Source of the DNA: Alphaproteobacteria bacterium
GTDB lineage: Bacteria > Pseudomonadota > Alphaproteobacteria > SP197
Assembly (NCBI GenBank): GCA_964291265.2
Contig: OZ219746.1
Location: 32,001-96,000, forward strand
Reading direction: 5' to 3'
Length of the DNA: 64,000 nucleotides
The notes beneath the pieces are model-generated. The model was not told the origin of the DNA and ran no database searches. It saw only the letters and a program-made list of their open reading frames with translations. A program made the position numbers and the translations under genes. Positions 61,413 to 64,000 of the stretch are shown here, one piece after another. Numbering within the stretch: the first letter of the stretch is position 1; each line of letters begins with the position of its first letter.

Positions 61413-63014
61413 ATGAGCCGCCGCCGTCTTCCGATCGGGATCCAGGACTTTCCGACGATTCGCAGCGAGGATTTCTACTACGTCGACAAGACTTCGCTCG
61501 TCCGGCGTCTTGTGAACGAGGGGCGCCACTACTTCCTGTCGCGTCCGCGCCGCTTCGGCAAGAGCCTGCTGCTCGACACCTTGGGATCGCTGTTTGCCTG
61601 CCACGAACCCCTGTTCCGGGGACTCGCCATCCACCCCCACTGGGACTGGTCCTCGCCGCATCCGGTGGTACGGCTGAGCTTCGGCGGGAAGTACAACGAA
61701 CCCGGGGACATCGAGCGCAACATCCTGACCCAACTCGAACTGGTCGAACGCCATGCCGGGCTCCCGCCCGCTGCCTGCAGGGCCGGACCGGAACGCCTTC
61801 TCGACATCCTCGACCGCCTGCACGGCGCCACCGGCCGGCAGGTGGTGGTGCTGGTGGACGAGTACGACAAGCCGGTCCTCGACATGCTTCACGATCCCGG
61901 GCTTGCGAGGGCGAACCGGGACTACCTGCGCGGCTTCTACGGCATCGTCAAGGACAGCGCCGAACACGTCCGCTTCGTCTTCGTTACTGGTGTCAGCATG
62001 TTCTCCAAGGCCAGTGTGTTCTCAGGCCTCAACAACCTGAAGGACATCAGCCTCGATCCGCGCTTCGCCACGATCTGCGGCTACCGCGAGGAGGATCTCG
62101 ACCGTGTGTTCGGGCCTGAGCTTGTCGGACTGGACCGCGAGAAGGTCCGCACCTGGTACAACGGCTACCACTGGCGGGGCGGGGAGCGGGTCTACAATCC
62201 CTGGGATGTGCTCCTGTTCCTGCGGAACCGCGAGTTCCGTCCCTACTGGTTCGAGACCGGATCGCCGGACTTCCTGTTCCGCATGCTGATGGAGAAGTCG
62301 GTGAGCCCGATGGAGCTGGAGGGGCGGCTGGCGGGCACGTCCCTGGTCTCGAAGTTCGATGTCGACGACATCGCCATCGAGGCGCTGCTCTTCCAGACCG
62401 GCTACCTGACCATCGCGGGGGAGGAGAAGCAGGGCCACAGGACCCTCTACCGGCTGGACTATCCCAACCTCGAGGTCCGGCTCAGCCTCAACGACGAACT
62501 GCTTGCCTGGCTGGGCAGGCAGGGGGTCGAGCCGCTGGAGCGGGGCCGCGAGTTCTGCGCCCTGCTTGAGGCGAACGACTTCGCCGGCTTCGGCGAGAAG
62601 CTTCGCGCCTGGCTTGCGGGCATTCCCTACCAGTGGCACGCGAAGGGCGACCTGGCGCGCTACGAGGCCTGGTATGCGAGCCTTCTCTACATGTGCCTGC
62701 GTTCGGTCGGGGTGGACTTCGACGTGGAGGAGGCCTCGCACCGCGGCCGTGCGGACATGGTGGTGCGCCTCGGCGGTCAGGTCTTCGTGCTGGAGTTCAA
62801 GATGGCCGAGGGCGAGGGGGACGGCGCTGCGGCGCTGGATGCGGCGCTGGCGCAGATGCGCGAGCGTGGCTATGCCGAGACCTGCCGCGACCACGGCGGC
62901 CCGGTCCACCTCGTCGGCGTGGCCTGCGGACGCGAGGCGCGCAACCTCCTCGACATCCGCGCCGAGACCTGCATGAGCGACGCCCGCGAACGCCTGCCTG
63001 ACACCACGAAGTGA
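61413..63014 (+). CDS. AAA-ATPase-like + PD-(D/E)XK nuclease protein, copy 2
   Basis: Same motifs as 35805-37370 and a closely similar sequence. Confidence 0.92.
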   Translation: MSRRRLPIGIQDFPTIRSEDFYYVDKTSLVRRLVNEGRHYFLSRPRRFGKSLLLDTLGSLFACHEPLFRGLAIHPHWDWSSPHPVVRLSFGGKYNEPGDIERNILTQLELVERHAGLPPAACRAGPERLLDILDRLHGATGRQVVVLVDEYDKPVLDMLHDPGLARANRDYLRGFYGIVKDSAEHVRFVFVTGVSMFSKASVFSGLNNLKDISLDPRFATICGYREEDLDRVFGPELVGLDREKVRTWYNGYHWRGGERVYNPWDVLLFLRNREFRPYWFETGSPDFLFRMLMEKSVSPMELEGRLAGTSLVSKFDVDDIAIEALLFQTGYLTIAGEEKQGHRTLYRLDYPNLEVRLSLNDELLAWLGRQGVEPLERGREFCALLEANDFAGFGEKLRAWLAGIPYQWHAKGDLARYEAWYASLLYMCLRSVGVDFDVEEASHRGRADMVVRLGGQVFVLEFKMAEGEGDGAAALDAALAQMRERGYAETCRDHGGPVHLVGVACGREARNLLDIRAETCMSDARERLPDTTK

Positions 63015-63232
63015 TCCATTCCGGATCCTTGCACCGAACCATACCCGGCCGATGCGGTCGTCCCGTGCGTCGCGGCTTCACCACGCTGTCCGGGGCCTTT
63101 CAACTGGGACGGATCCTCCGGGCGCTCCATTTCCGGGGTGACTCCTGGCGATTCGCGGCGGCATCAGGGATCTTGTAGCCGGGAATCCGGACGCCGGGCG
63201 AGCGGCTGGTGTTCCCGCTCCCGGCAGGCTTC

Positions 63233-63545
63233 TCAAGTGGGGTGGATGGGAGCCGCCTTCAGGCGGTGCGTCTTTTTAGTCGTTGGGCCCGTGCCTGCCT
63301 GTGCAGCAGCCCGGTGCAGTGGACAGCGAAGGCCGCCATGGACAGCGCCGTCATCCGCGCAAGGCCGTCCGCCCCATGGGATCAGGACCCGGTCCATGCC
63401 GCGTGGCTCGAGACCGTTGATCGCGGACTCCACGGACGGATGCCGCCGGCGCATCTCCCGGAATGTCGGGTCGGCCTCCCGTTCCCGGTCCGCCCGGGCG
63501 GACTTTCCCTTGTTCGGCAGCGCGTCGTGATCCAGCAGTTCGTTC
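63233..63545 (-). pseudogene. Transposase C-terminal remnant (ISNCY/IS5-like)
   Basis: LPNKGK...EREADPTFREMRRRHPSVESAINGLE.RGMDRV. Confidence 0.6.
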
Positions 63546-63800
63546 AACGTGATCCGCTTGGAGGGGATGGGGAACCCCTGCCTGGAAAGGGGTGTAGTTC
63601 TCGTATGGCGAAGCCAAGTCATTGATTTATCACGGTTGTGCGTTCGCGATGGAACGGCGAAAACGGGGTTTCGTGACAATTGCCCGTTTCAGGGCCGGAT
63701 TTTGTCACGACAGCAGGGCTTGGCGGTGGATGCGGGAACGCTCCGCACCGCAAGATGCGATATGATGCTAGCTTGAAACCACAACATCAGGAGCGCTCCC

Positions 63801-64000
63801 ATGTCAGTGTCACAGCTTCGGCCTTCCGCGTCCATCGATCTTTCCGGCTTGCCGCCTCGGGTTGTCGAGGCGGTCACGCAAGTGACCGCGGTGTGTCATC
63901 GACAGCTCGGTTCAGAGCGCTCTGCCGAGGCTTTCGAGGAAGCGGAGCGGCGGGTGCTTGAGAGCGTGCACGCGCTTGGCTGCGAGATCCTGGGTGCCTG
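63801..64000 (+). CDS. Partial ORF, possibly a transposase N-terminus (runs off the window end)
   Basis: AGGAG RBS, ATG at 63801, open to the end: MSVSQLRP...FEEAERRVLESVHALGCEILGA. Confidence 0.4.
   Translation, partial: MSVSQLRPSASIDLSGLPPRVVEAVTQVTAVCHRQLGSERSAEAFEEAERRVLESVHALGCEILGA

Overview
GC-rich bacterial DNA, probably alphaproteobacterial (holA-lptE-leuS-DUF3576 order; host not determinable). A short core block (25.4-34.8 kb) and katG/oxyR/amine dehydrogenase (13.5-19.3 kb) are surrounded by accessory DNA. (1) 1.8-10.2 kb is a defence-like island. It holds a lower-GC five-gene operon (multi-ubiquitin protein, E2-like protein, JAB-E1 fusion, AAA ATPase, PIN nuclease), an rpn gene inside a transposase-less unit with IS66-type ends and an 8-bp target duplication, and a DUF6978-like/DUF1828-like pair. 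(2) Nested mobile elements follow: a large-serine-recombinase element inside an IS3 remnant, itself interrupted by a 333-bp structured insert; a 5.3-kb IS21 transposon with a Toprim cargo gene; and a second IS66-end cassette carrying an AAA-ATPase/PD-(D/E)XK gene. (3) An autotransporter carries four near-identical 132-aa repeats. (4) An 18-kb RiPP cluster (42.1-60.1 kb) encodes two nitrile-hydratase-leader precursors with 37-aa Ser/Thr-rich, nearly Cys-free cores, a leader-only protein, two YcaO cyclodehydratases, a SagB dehydrogenase, a degenerate LanM-like enzyme and a C39-ABC/HlyD/TolC exporter. The RiPP cluster and the ubiquitin-ATPase-PIN operon are the best candidates for undescribed systems. 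All family calls are by motif recognition; no database searches were run.
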